This document shows, one piece after another, positions 45,874 through 56,768 of a stretch of DNA of 64,000 nt. The stretch's first letter is position 1; the number at the start of each line of letters is the position of its first letter. The stretch spans positions 62,001 through 126,000 of the forward strand of contig JALAGF010003145.1 in the NCBI GenBank assembly GCA_030167865.1, given 5' to 3'. Source of the DNA: Craspedostauros australis. Taxonomy: Eukaryota. The position numbers were made by a program, and so were the translations under genes. A model generated the notes under the pieces. The model did not search any database. It saw only the letters and a program-made list of their open reading frames with translations, and was not told the DNA's origin.

Positions 45874-47088
45874 CTATGTGTTGTTGGATGCAGGGTCGAC
45901 TGATTTCTGCCGCTTGTTCGGCCTTGGATTCGTGCCCGTAATGTCAGCGCTGGAGCTTTCGTCCGACCGCGCTTTCGTCTTCGTTGTTATCGTTGCTGCT
46001 TTTGCAGAGGATGCAGTGACTTCGGCTTTCTGTGTCGATTTGGCAGCGTCAGGAGCACCGCCGGCATGCGCTTTTGTAGCCATTTTTTGTGCTGTTGGAG
46101 TCGCTCGTCGTGTTGATCCCGTTGGTTCGGCTGCTGCTGCTGCTGATGATGGACCTGCTGAAGATGATGCATCGGAGACTGCCGCATGCGCATTTGGTTG
46201 TGTTGCACTTGCATCTTTTGCACCGTTGCGATGAGATTGTGGAACAGCAGAATCCGATGCCTTCCGTGACGTTGACGCTGTTGCAAGTGCATGGTTGACC
46301 TCGGTGTCCGTCAAGGCCGCGTGGCTGCGCGAGAACCAACGGGAGCTGGCAGGTATTCTGCGTCCCGACACGTTCGTCCCCATGAAGCCCTGCGATGTGG
46401 AACCGCCGTTGTTCATGTCCTTGGCATCCACGATGGTGTCCCACCCCCTATAGATGTTCCCATGTCCCGACGATTCTTCGTGATAAAGCTCCTCCCCACG
46501 TATGAGCTGCGTCTGGATGTTGGCAATGGCCGACACAGCCGTTCGGATTCTATGCTCCAGATCAGCGCGTGTGAAGATCCGATTCCTGGCGTTGTCATCG
46601 TCCTCGCCAGCATCATTGGGATGGCCCCTAGTGCTTGTGCATTTATTGTCATCTGCATCTGCATCTGCATGCTCATCTGTATCTGCTCCAGTGGTAAGAA
46701 GTTGCGCTTGTTCCCGTGATAGACTCGCGCGAGGATCGGAAGTAGGATTGGTTTTGTCAGCAGAAGACGTCTTTGGAGGCTCAGCGTCCGTGTCAACATC
46801 GCCGCCTCCCTGCTTTGAATGCGTGGAGGTAACGGATGACTTCGCGGCTGCGTCTTTAGGCTTGACGCCAAGTTCTTCTTTCGTTGTGACACTCTGCTGC
46901 GCTTTTGCATGCGATTGCGATTGATCGTGCTTGTCGTTGCTGGGCTCGCGGCCGTTCTTGGAAGCACCAGCACCGTTGTTGTCGTCGATGCTTTTGTTGG
47001 CTTGCTTTGGATCCGCCACAGCAGGTCGCAGGATGAGAGGCAGCACAACGCCAGAAGGACGGAATTTGAATCGACTGTGCATCGTCAT
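45874..47088 (-). CDS. EAF6: Eaf6/MEAF6-like NuA4 histone acetyltransferase subunit with low-complexity extensions
   Basis: Core IQTQLIRGEELYHEESSGHGNIYRGWD...RRIPASSRWFSRS matches the Eaf6 pattern (E..YLEET...GNII.GF...R.FS.S). Start uncertain. Confidence 0.72.
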   Translation of the reverse strand: MTMHSRFKFRPSGVVLPLILRPAVADPKQANKSIDDNNGAGASKNGREPSNDKHDQSQSHAKAQQSVTTKEELGVKPKDAAAKSSVTSTHSKQGGGDVDTDAEPPKTSSADKTNPTSDPRASLSREQAQLLTTGADTDEHADADADDNKCTSTRGHPNDAGEDDDNARNRIFTRADLEHRIRTAVSAIANIQTQLIRGEELYHEESSGHGNIYRGWDTIVDAKDMNNGGSTSQGFMGTNVSGRRIPASSRWFSRSHAALTDTEVNHALATASTSRKASDSAVPQSHRNGAKDASATQPNAHAAVSDASSSAGPSSAAAAAEPTGSTRRATPTAQKMATKAHAGGAPDAAKSTQKAEVTASSAKAATITTKTKARSDESSSADITGTNPRPNKRQKSVDPASNNT

Positions 47089-48303
47089 CGCGCGGGAGTA
47101 TGGATGTGTGTGTGTGTCTGCGTTGGCGAGAATGGAGAAGCGCGGTTGGATCTCTTCACTTCTGGCTTGGACGTGTCGGTGGTTGTGAATTGTCACAAGT
47201 CTCTTCTCTCCTCTTCTTTTCTCTGCGTACGATTACTCGTAGTTATAGTACTCGTATGACGGGCGTGGGAGATTGTTGGAGCACCACTGCTGCTCTACAT
47301 ACATGCAATTGCTATCTCTCGCACACTTCTAATGGGTGTGATACAAGTATCATACCATACAAGTGCTCTGTGGCATGCCGCATCCGCAAATGCTCTGATG
47401 AGAGTACGAGCAGCGTCGCTCCATTTCTGCTTCAACTTCCCAGAATCACCATGGTCGCCAGATCGCCATCGCGCATTTTGTGCGTACCACAAACAACGGT
47501 ACCGAACACGCGTTGGATGTACCGCGTTGGTGGTGGCAACAAGGGATATTTTTCCGCCACACGTGTTCGCTGCGCTTGTTGTGTTGTCGTGGCGACTGTA
47601 CGTGTTGTGCCCACCGCGCCGTGAAGCACGGAATCGTGCGCCAGATTTTTTTGCATTCCCATCTGCGCCAACCGTCGTGTTGGCGTCAAAATCCACCTGC
47701 TCGTGGTACATGCTGTACGTGCAGCGCTACATACAGCAACGCCGCTGTAGCGTTGTGTACGCGGTGTTGTGTCTGTGCCGTTCTGGCTGATGCGCGAATT
47801 TCTTCCTCACTGGCCGTGACTTGCGCGCTGGTGTTCATGTGCGAAGAATTTATCGCGTGCAATCGCTGGTTGTTGGGACTCCTGTCAAACAACGATGCAA
47901 CACGGCCCAAACAGAAGCGCGCTACAGCTGCAAACAACAGGCACCACGCAGCAGCCGCAGTGGGTGTACTACCACGCAGTACGCAACACGACAGTCGCCG
48001 TAGCACACCGTACACTGCGCTACAGTAGATCAACGCGCCGTACAGCCCAGCGTACAACGTACGCCGCACGAGTACAACGCGCAGCCACCCATGACGCCCC
48101 AATACACAAACAGCCTCGCCAAACGCAGTTTTACCGCGCAAACGCTGAGCAACACGAGGAATCGTCGCTGATCACCGCTCTTTTACCGTATTGCACACAA
48201 GTCATTATCAGACTGAACAAGCAAAGATAAGGCAAAGCAGCGTCGATTGCAACACACACCACCACCAAGTGGAACAGAAGTCAACAGATTAACAACAGTC
48301 AAG

Positions 48304-49998
48304 ATGGCGTACGAATACGATTCAGTCGACGAGGTCGAGGAGGACGAGATTGAGGAAGAAGAGGAGGAGGAAGTCGTGATCGCCCCCAAGAAGCGACGCG
48401 GAAAGAAGTGGAAGGTGTGTACCCCTTTGAGAAAGGAGAAGGATATCCTCTGACCCTGCGGCAGCGTTGTGCTGTTGTTTGCATGCGCCACTCCATGCTG
48501 GTGCGATTGAAGCGAAGACGTCTGTGCCCGTTCGTGCAGGATGCCGCAACCGCCTTGGGTGTAAATGTTGATGCGGGGAAGGGTTGCCGCAATGCCACAT
48601 GGTGCCATGACTTTCATGTCCTGTTCGGAATGGTGGGACGCCATGCCTGGAGTTGTCTACCGTCAGCATTCTTTGGATCTTGTCCATGTTCTTGCGCACC
48701 ACCTCACTAACATCGTCAATTGCATCTTGTATTGCCCGCATCACTTCGTCTGCGCCAAAATACCCCACCGTGTTGATACAGGATCCAAACAAGCCCAAGA
48801 GAGCCATGTCTGCCTTCTTCCTCTATTCCCAGGCATACCGTGCCCAGGTGAAGGCGCAGAACCCAGAGGCCAGTTTCGGCGATGTGGTAAGTTCATTGTG
48901 AAAGTGATGGTCGTTGTGATGCCTGTGGGTGCAAAAGCGGTAAAGTGCTCATTGTGGTGTGAAAGCCTTGTTGGTGGAATTTTTTTGATGGGACTTTGGT
49001 TTTATGTGCGGTTGGTTGGTTCGATGATGTGGACCGAATAAATTGTGCGTGTTTTGTGATGCACAGGTGGTAAGAGCGTGGGGTCGGTGTGTGTTGTGCA
49101 CAACGTGCGATGTGGTTGGTGTGTGGTGTGCGTGAGGGTGTTGCTGGCGACACTGTTGCACATCGTTGCAACGTTGCTCCACAAGCCATCACGCAGCACG
49201 TTCACAGCCGCACTCAAACCCCCGCTCAGCCTCACGCACAGCGACGCTGACAGGCAAAACACCGCGAGCCGCGAAATCAACGGTGTCGGCCGCCATCGCG
49301 GTGCCATCGCGACGCGATGCTTCGTGGTGCTGGTGTTGCAAACGCAAACACCGTGTCACGACCGCACCACGCTCTCAATCCACAAACAACAGCATCTCGT
49401 CAGCCTTCTCGTTGCCTCTGGTACTTTCTCTACGATCGAGAAATTTACATAGGGCACCATCGAGAAAAGAATTTTTCAAGTACCTTCTTCGGACGAAACA
49501 TTTTAACGGACAATCCAGGACTCACCCATCCACAACTCCCACACCACCTCTGCTTCTAACTCCTTCCTGTAACCATCCAATCTTTTGGCGCGCACTACCA
49601 TACATCCATAGGCCCGCCTGCTGTCGCAGCAGTACCGTGCCATGACCGACAAGGAGATGAAGAAGTGGACCAAGAAGGCCGAGGCCGACAAGATCCGCTA
49701 CCAGGAGGAGATGAAGCACTACACACCAGCTGAAGAGCCAGGTGGCAAGAGAAAGAAGGCGAAGAAGGACCCCAACGCACCCAAGCGCAACATGAGCGCC
49801 TACTTCCTCTACTCGGTGCACATCCGACCTCAAATAAAAGATGAGAATCCGGAGGCGAGCTTCGGTGACATCGCCCGCATCATCTCCGCTCGCTTCAAGG
49901 AGCTCACTGACAAGGAGCGCAAGCGCTGGGACAAGAGAGCCGCTGAGGACAAGGAGAGATACCAGCGCGAGATGGCCGTGTACAACTCCGGTGGTTAA
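48304..49998 (+). CDS. HMGB/NHP6-like protein with two HMG boxes
   Basis: Exons 48304-48414, 48782-48886 and 49612-49998, all phase 0. Boxes [17 protein letters not shown]... and [17 protein letters not shown]...[10 protein letters not shown]. Acidic N-terminus. Confidence 0.95.
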
Positions 49999-50577
49999 GC
50001 AGCAGCAGCAGCAACCACCATGGTGCATAGGGACATACCACACATTGTCGGTCACCATGTCAGCGACATGCTAGCGACGATGTCGTCTTCACCAGAAACG
50101 GGAAATACACGAGCAGAGCCGAGACGGAGGTGTTCTCGCACGACCTCGCGCATCAGTCGTATGGAACCGCAGCTCGTGACAGGTGTTGAAGCTCAAGCAT
50201 CGAGCATGCGCATGCGCATGCACATTCCACGAAGTTGGCGAATCCAGTCGCCTGATGCGTTTGTGAAACAGTAGTGATTGTATAACTTGAGAAACACACA
50301 GCAAGATCAAACTAAAATAAGACAAATCAGAAACACCGACAAGCCGTGGAGTGAGCGTTACTTTTGTGAGAGTTTGGTGTTGCTGAGCATTGATACTGAC
50401 GGAAAGTTACTGCTACTCCACTATTACTCCGACCCATTCGCAGACGCACGTATTGTGTGTGGACGGCTCCAGTTCCGCTCGAACAGAACTGGTGCAGAAC
50501 GGCATGATACTAATACGCAGTCGTACTTTCCGATGATTCAACACCGCTCATGCTCATGCTAACGCTCGAGCCTGCTC

Positions 50578-51282
50578 TCAGTCATTGATCTCACGCAGAC
50601 CTTGGCTGAGGGAGCCGAGCTGGTAGGTGAAGAAGCCGATGATGGACGGTATCTCCAGCAATCCGTAGACGCGGAACTTGCCGACCAAGATGAAAAGCAT
50701 GATGAGGAATGCAAACCGCGCCTGGCCGACTCCCGATCCCTTCACTGTGTCAACATCGTCGATCGATCCGCCGATCGTCTCCACGAACTTGCCCAATCCG
50801 TAGGTGTACGCCAGCCCGAAGGAAGCACCGAACACGTACGAAAAGGCGAAGAATGGATCGTCGAACAGCACCCAGCAGAAGGCGAAGATGATCGCGCTGA
50901 AGAACGCCGTGTCCACGAGCAGCGCGGTTCGTCGCGCCGCGAACTTGTTGTTCTCCTCCTCGCGGACGCTCTTCGTCTCGTTGTCCTCGATCTCCTGCGC
51001 GATCTGCTTCTGCTGCTCCCAGAAATCGTCATTCGAGCTTGCCATCAGCATCTGCGATGGATGTCTGACGTGTGGATTGGTGGCAGCAGCGCTGATTGCA
51101 GCTGAGCTTGATGACGCCGGGCGTGCTGCGCCGCATCGCACGGATGCACCTTGCGGTGTGCGCAGCGCGGATGGCATCTGGAACGCATGGATCGTACTTG
51201 AAGTAGAACTGACAATTGCTGATGTCACCATGATGGCAGCGACCATCTGCGCGGAAAGCCCGGTTGGGTGTCTCAACATCAT
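50578..51282 (-). CDS. Plastid CGL160/Atp1(UncI)-like ATP synthase assembly protein
   Basis: Presequence ...STIHA^FQMP. Four C-terminal hydrophobic helices with SYVFGASFGLAY...VETIG, QARF and IGFFTY. Confidence 0.7.
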   Translation of the reverse strand: MMLRHPTGLSAQMVAAIMVTSAIVSSTSSTIHAFQMPSALRTPQGASVRCGAARPASSSSAAISAAATNPHVRHPSQMLMASSNDDFWEQQKQIAQEIEDNETKSVREEENNKFAARRTALLVDTAFFSAIIFAFCWVLFDDPFFAFSYVFGASFGLAYTYGLGKFVETIGGSIDDVDTVKGSGVGQARFAFLIMLFILVGKFRVYGLLEIPSIIGFFTYQLGSLSQGLREIND

Positions 51283-51881
51283 GATCGTGGTTGGTTTGAC
51301 TTGAAGCAGCGGCGAGTAGCAACGTGCCAGCGTCCTGAGTGTGGGGTGGCTGCCAGTACGATCACGATGCCAATGAGGATACTGCGATGCTTGGCTCGAT
51401 GTGCGGTGTGGACTCTTGGGTGTCGAGGGGCCACTCTCCTCGTACTCGTCTTGGTGTTGATGTTGATGTTGTTGATGTGTCTTCTCTCTTGTGTTGATGG
51501 ATTTGACAACAAACATCCGGCGGCATCGGCGAATCCATTCGTGGTGAAAGATCAATCACGAACACACCGAAACAAGACGAGGAAAGCGTGTGGTGTCCGA
51601 TTGGCACCAATCGCCACAGCACAACGCCAACACCACTCGTTTGGACTAGCACAACAACAGCGGATTGGAAGCATCATCCCAAACATCGCGTGGGACGCAG
51701 ACGAACAGATAAAGAGACGAATGGAGGCATTGATGAAGAGATAAGTACAGAGTCCAATGCGAGCTAGATTTCCTGCAGTAAGAATACCCGTAGATTGCCC
51801 TACTCTGAGATGATCTCTAGCACCAATACACACAATAGCTTTGAGTCGAAAAAAAGCTGCTGTTGCGATTGCCGAGTATCT

Positions 51882-52640
51882 TTACAGGTAGGGCAGCTTC
51901 TTGAAGTCCAAAGCAAGCTCCGCGTTGGCCTCGAAGATGTACTTGTTGTAGGCGTTGCCTCCGGCGACGTACAGATCACGCATCTTCTTCGCGAGCTCGC
52001 CAGGCGATGGCTTCTTCGCGCCGAGTCCAAACAACCCACCGCCTGCGCTCTCTTCTCCAAGGGCGATCTTGGCTGTCTGCTGCATCTCGGTGATGATCGT
52101 CCGCATCTCGTCAACGTGCACCTTCATCTTCCTCGTCTTCGTGCTGATGGAGCTGTCCGAAAAGGCCGCGGCGTACAGATCGCATGCCACCAGCACCCGA
52201 GAATCGGAGAATCCTCCCGCCTGCGCCGCGCGATCGGCGATGCCACCGTCGGCCTTGGCACGATCCTCCTTCGTCTTCTTCGGCGGTTCCGCCAGGGCCA
52301 GTTTGATCCCGTTCCAATCGCTCTTCTCCACCAAAGCACGCAGGTCTCGCTTGAAGAACTCGCCGCCGGCCGTGATCCTTGGAGAGTACCGATCGTAGGC
52401 CTGATCTAGAGTCGCTCTGCCGCGGGCGAAGGCGCGTTGTGGGAAGCCACCGAGGGCCACCCCCATCCCGACCGCAGGAACGGCGGATGCCACAGCCGCG
52501 ATGAAGTTCTTCCTGTCGATAGCGGCGCGCGCTTCGGGAATCTGGCTGCCCTTCTTCGTGCCGTGCCCGATGCTTTGCAGCGCGACGGCGGAAGAAGCCA
52601 GCAGCAGGAGTAACGACCACACCTCACGACGACCCATCAT
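51882..52640 (-). CDS. Uncharacterised thylakoid-lumen-type protein
   Basis: Signal peptide ...SSAVA^LQ, Tat-like DRKNFIAAV, hydrophobic stretch, then AFA^RG. Helical mature region. Strong coding codon bias. Confidence 0.75.
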   Translation of the reverse strand: MMGRREVWSLLLLLASSAVALQSIGHGTKKGSQIPEARAAIDRKNFIAAVASAVPAVGMGVALGGFPQRAFARGRATLDQAYDRYSPRITAGGEFFKRDLRALVEKSDWNGIKLALAEPPKKTKEDRAKADGGIADRAAQAGGFSDSRVLVACDLYAAAFSDSSISTKTRKMKVHVDEMRTIITEMQQTAKIALGEESAGGGLFGLGAKKPSPGELAKKMRDLYVAGGNAYNKYIFEANAELALDFKKLPYL

Positions 52641-53116
52641 GTTTCAGAATGTTTGCAGTAGAGTACGAGAACGGTATGTTTCGGTATGATACGGCTTCAG
52701 TTGGCTCTCGAGAGATCTTTCAGTTGCATTTGTGCGCCGTCGCACAAGGCAGGACAAGGAGGCAGCAGAAGATTCTCGATCCTCATGGTCTCTCAGCACA
52801 GACCCTTACGTCTCTCGTTCTCTTTGACGGTAGACATCAACGTCAGGCCCACAAGAGTGGTGGTGGCAGTACGACTACTGATGTCGATGTTGACATGCCG
52901 ATGGATGCGCACATCGTTTCGCGATCTTGTGTTTGACACCAATCACGACGAATCATCCAATCAATGTCGCTCTTGATGGGAATCAACACTATCCACGACT
53001 TGTTTGAATCAGGCTATTAGATAGAAACTAGGATAATAACTACATGCGCATGTCACGTGAGAAGGAAGCGATCATTGACGACGCCTGGTATCTTCCACCA
53101 GCAACAGTGACGCTCA

Positions 53117-55343
53117 TTAGCGCTGCGTCATGAGCAGACTGAGCTTCGACTTTGGATCCTTCAGCAGCTTCGATGGTTTGCCAGTCTCTGCTATCGTGCC
53201 ATCCTCCAACACCGCAACGCTGTCTGCAAGTTCCAAGGTCCTGGTGTTGTGCGTGATGACGACCAAGGCGGTCTTGCGCGTCCTGCAGGTGCCGATGGCA
53301 TCAACCACGGTCGACGCGCCTTCCAGATCCAGTGCGGACGACGGTTCATCCATCACGAGCACGGCAGGATTGGCCAGGAAGGCACGGGCCAACTCGATCC
53401 GTTGACGCTGACCACCCGACAATCTGCAACCGTTGCGCCCGACCACAAAGTCCATACCTCCTTCGATGTTGGCGATGAAGTTGTCGCAATCGGCGCATTT
53501 CAAGGCGTCGGAAATCTCCGCGTCAGTGGCGGTGGGGTTGCCGTACGTGATGTTGTCGCGGATAGAGATGTTGAAAAGGGCAGGTTGCTGCTGCACCACC
53601 TTGACGATGTTGGACGATGACTTGGCGTCCTCCATGCAATCTGCAAGCGATATCGACTCTCCTTTCACCTTCAATTCGACACTTCCTGTGGTGGGCTGGT
53701 ATAGGCCCGCCAGGATGTAAGCCATGGTGGACTTGCCCGATCCGTTCTTTCCCACCAATGCAACGACTTCGCCACGCTTTGCTTCCAGCGAGACATTCCG
53801 CAGAACTGTCTTCTGCGCATTGTTCTGGTAGTGGAATCCAACGTTGGAAAGCGACATGCTCTCGACATCCGTCGCAACGACTGTTTTGTTTTTGGCAGCT
53901 GCTTCCGAAGTTTTGTTTATGCCGTCATCCACATCATCCGGTTGGTTGGTATCGACATCGACCTCATCATCTTCCATCAATCGACACAGTCGCACGGCAG
54001 AGTCCAGACCTCTGGAATAGTCACCAATCGCCTTCACGACGCCGGCAGTGCCCAAAGCCAACAGGAAGGAGTACGTTCCGAAGCTGACCAAGTCACCGTG
54101 ACGCATCTTGCCATCCTTGACGGACCTGCCACCAGAGTAGAGAATGCCGCACAGCGCCATGGAGGACAGAGAGAACATGGTGCCCATGGAGATGCCGTTG
54201 GCCAGCGACGACTTTTTGCCCAACCCCACGACCACGTCCTGGATTGCTGTGTACGTCTGCGTCTCATCCGATTCTCTACCGCAGGCCTTGACGAGCGCCA
54301 GATGTTCCAGGCGTTCCTCCACGAATGTGGCGGCCTTGATCGCTGCCTCCTCCTCGAGGGCCATCACTTTCTTGACGTACTTTCTCGTGACCAACACGAT
54401 GGTTCCCACCACGGGTGCGAGTCCCAGCGAAAGCACGACGAGGGAAGGATTGAGCATGAGCATGTGGTAGGTGCCGAAGGCGCACGAGCTCGACGACCTT
54501 ATGAGGCTCGCGAGCGTGCCCGTGACCGTCTTGGCGACCATGCCGACGTCCTCCTTCAGCACGTACCCGATTGCTGTCGGCGATAGTCCCGCCGATGGTG
54601 TCTCGATCGCTGTCTGTTCCTCCTTGGCGTCTTTGCTACCCGTTGCCGCTGTGGTGTTGCCATTCATGTTGCTGTGGAATGTTTTGGCGCCGACGACAGC
54701 CTCCTGCGATGCTCCGGAGACCAAAGAATGATCGCTCTGCGTTTGGAACCATTCAAAGCTCTTGCCCGTGATGAGCTTGGAGAAGATCTGGATTTTGAGT
54801 CTGGATGCGATGCCACCTTCGGCGCGGTTGAGCATCATGGTTCGGATCAAGCTGCACGTCCCACCGGTCAGGCTGATGATGAAGATGCTTTCCACCAGCG
54901 ATGATGGCGGTGATGACGACAGCGATGTCGTTGATGGTTTGGATTGATCCATCAACCTCCCGAGAAGCCGTGGGACGGCTGCAAATGGTCGTGATGGTTG
55001 CGATGGACACAGAGATATAGAAGAAGCAGAGATATGGCAGAAGCAGACAGATAAAGTGTGAGCATATGGTGTCCTTGCTGACTGTGCTGTCAATGCATTA
55101 CGTGCAATTGTGTAACCATCAGCAGAGCCCTGCCCCAGCCCAGCATGGCTTATCAACACATCGTACGATCGTGTAATGCGTACCTTGATTGCAGTACGAT
55201 GATCCGATCATTGCCGCAGAGCCAACCAGCAACGTCGTCCCTTCAATCCATGCCTGCTGCGACAACATCTTTCGTGCCCTCTTGCGGATTTCAGCATTGG
55301 CCTTGCCATCCTTCTTTTTCTTATCTGCCTTGCTGGACACCAT
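53117..55343 (-). CDS. ABCB-type half transporter (MDL1/ABCB10-like)
   Basis: Exons 55343-55184 and 54978-53117 (G|gtacgc...tgcag|CC). TMD followed by NBD with Walker A GKNGSGKST, signature LSGGQRQR, Walker B VMDEPSSALD and H-loop ITHN. Confidence 0.93.
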
Positions 55344-56768
55344 CTTGATAATGCTTGCTTGCTTCCTTTCTTCGTTGATTTTGCCAAGCTGCGTCACGCC
55401 GTCTTCAAGAGAGTTCGTTCAACAGCCCCCTTTCGTCGATGGCTCTGGCATCCGCAGGATGTGATGCGGGATGGTTCGAGTTTGAGTCTGAGTTCGAATC
55501 TGAGCTTGTTGGTGATGATGGAGCAAAAGAAAGAACCCTTTGGTTTCAGCGCACGTGTTTTGGTGGAGGAGAATTGGCGGTCGTCGCGTCATTAAAGTGG
55601 ATACTACATATAGATTGCCGCACCTCCTAAAACACGTCACGATGAAGAGATGTGGTACACGAATGAGAAAAGGGACTATTGAAGTGCCACGCAGGGCGCC
55701 GGTTGTGAAGAAATGGGCCTGAACCAAAGTGTGGAACGAAACGAACACAAAGAATCCTCGGCGTTGCTTCCTTGTTGTGTTGTGTGCTGTTGTGGGAGAC
55801 GCTTGATCCAAACCTGCACGGAATTCTCATGACAAAGAAGGATCGCTTCATCACAAAAGAAGGAAAGGAACAAACAGAAAACCGTGATGGGTGTGAGCAG
55901 TAGCGACTGATTGTGGTTGTGATTGTGGTTGTGATTGAGGATCCATCGCGCAGCAACAGAAGAAGTCTGCACAGAGAGAACTCCGCTACGCATCTGCGCT
56001 TTGATCCATTTCTCGTGTCCCCAGAGAGACTTTCTCTTGTGTGGCGAGAACACAAGATCAGGAACAGGAACAGGAACAGTAGCAGGAAAGCGAGAAGGGG
56101 AAGAAGTCCATTGCATCGAAGGCAGCAGTGTTGCAGCGAAGGAATTGATTGCTGAGAGACTGCCGGAGATTGCAAGACGCCGGAGTCACTCTACCTGCAC
56201 TCTGTTCTCCCGCAGTTGCAACTGGGTTTGCACCTCATTCGAAGGGTGGAGGCGAAAGGTACGATCTGCGAGATGGCTTTGGGAGAACTGTTTCTCCATG
56301 GTCTGGCTTCCCCAACACCCGACCCGACACCATCCACCAGGAGAAGATCTGAAGCAATAGCAAAGGACGATTGCTTGTTCTCCTCTGGACTGAATCCTTT
56401 CGGAGACGAATCAGCATGTCTGAGTGTGCCGCAGCCTGACACAGAGTGGCGGGAACTGATTCCTACCATAGATCGTACCACTCGCAGTGCAGGCCATGTG
56501 ACTTCCATGCGGCTTCCATGTGACTTGTATTAATACCATCGCAACACAACGCGACAGAACACAACGCAATGCTCCAGATGGATTCTCAATTCCTCTGCTG
56601 CTCCTGCCCTTCATCACATCTCTCGATGACGTGTCTTTGACGACGTCCGTTTGATCGTCGTGGTGATTGAGTGCAATACCAATACGGTCTCATCGCACCA
56701 CATCTACCATACCGCCACCATTCAACACTCCACAGTCGGCACTCGACAATCGACACCTGCAGAGGACC

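Noticed and set aside
55470-55510. ggttcgag...gttcgaatc tRNA-like motif
   Set aside because: Part of a degenerate hexamer repeat (gagttt/gagtct/gagttc) with no cloverleaf.
56140-56470. Possible TPP riboswitch (ctgaga ... ctgat) in the ABCB/RNF10 divergent region
   Set aside because: Conserved spacing and the remaining core motifs are missing, and the neighbours are not thiamine genes.
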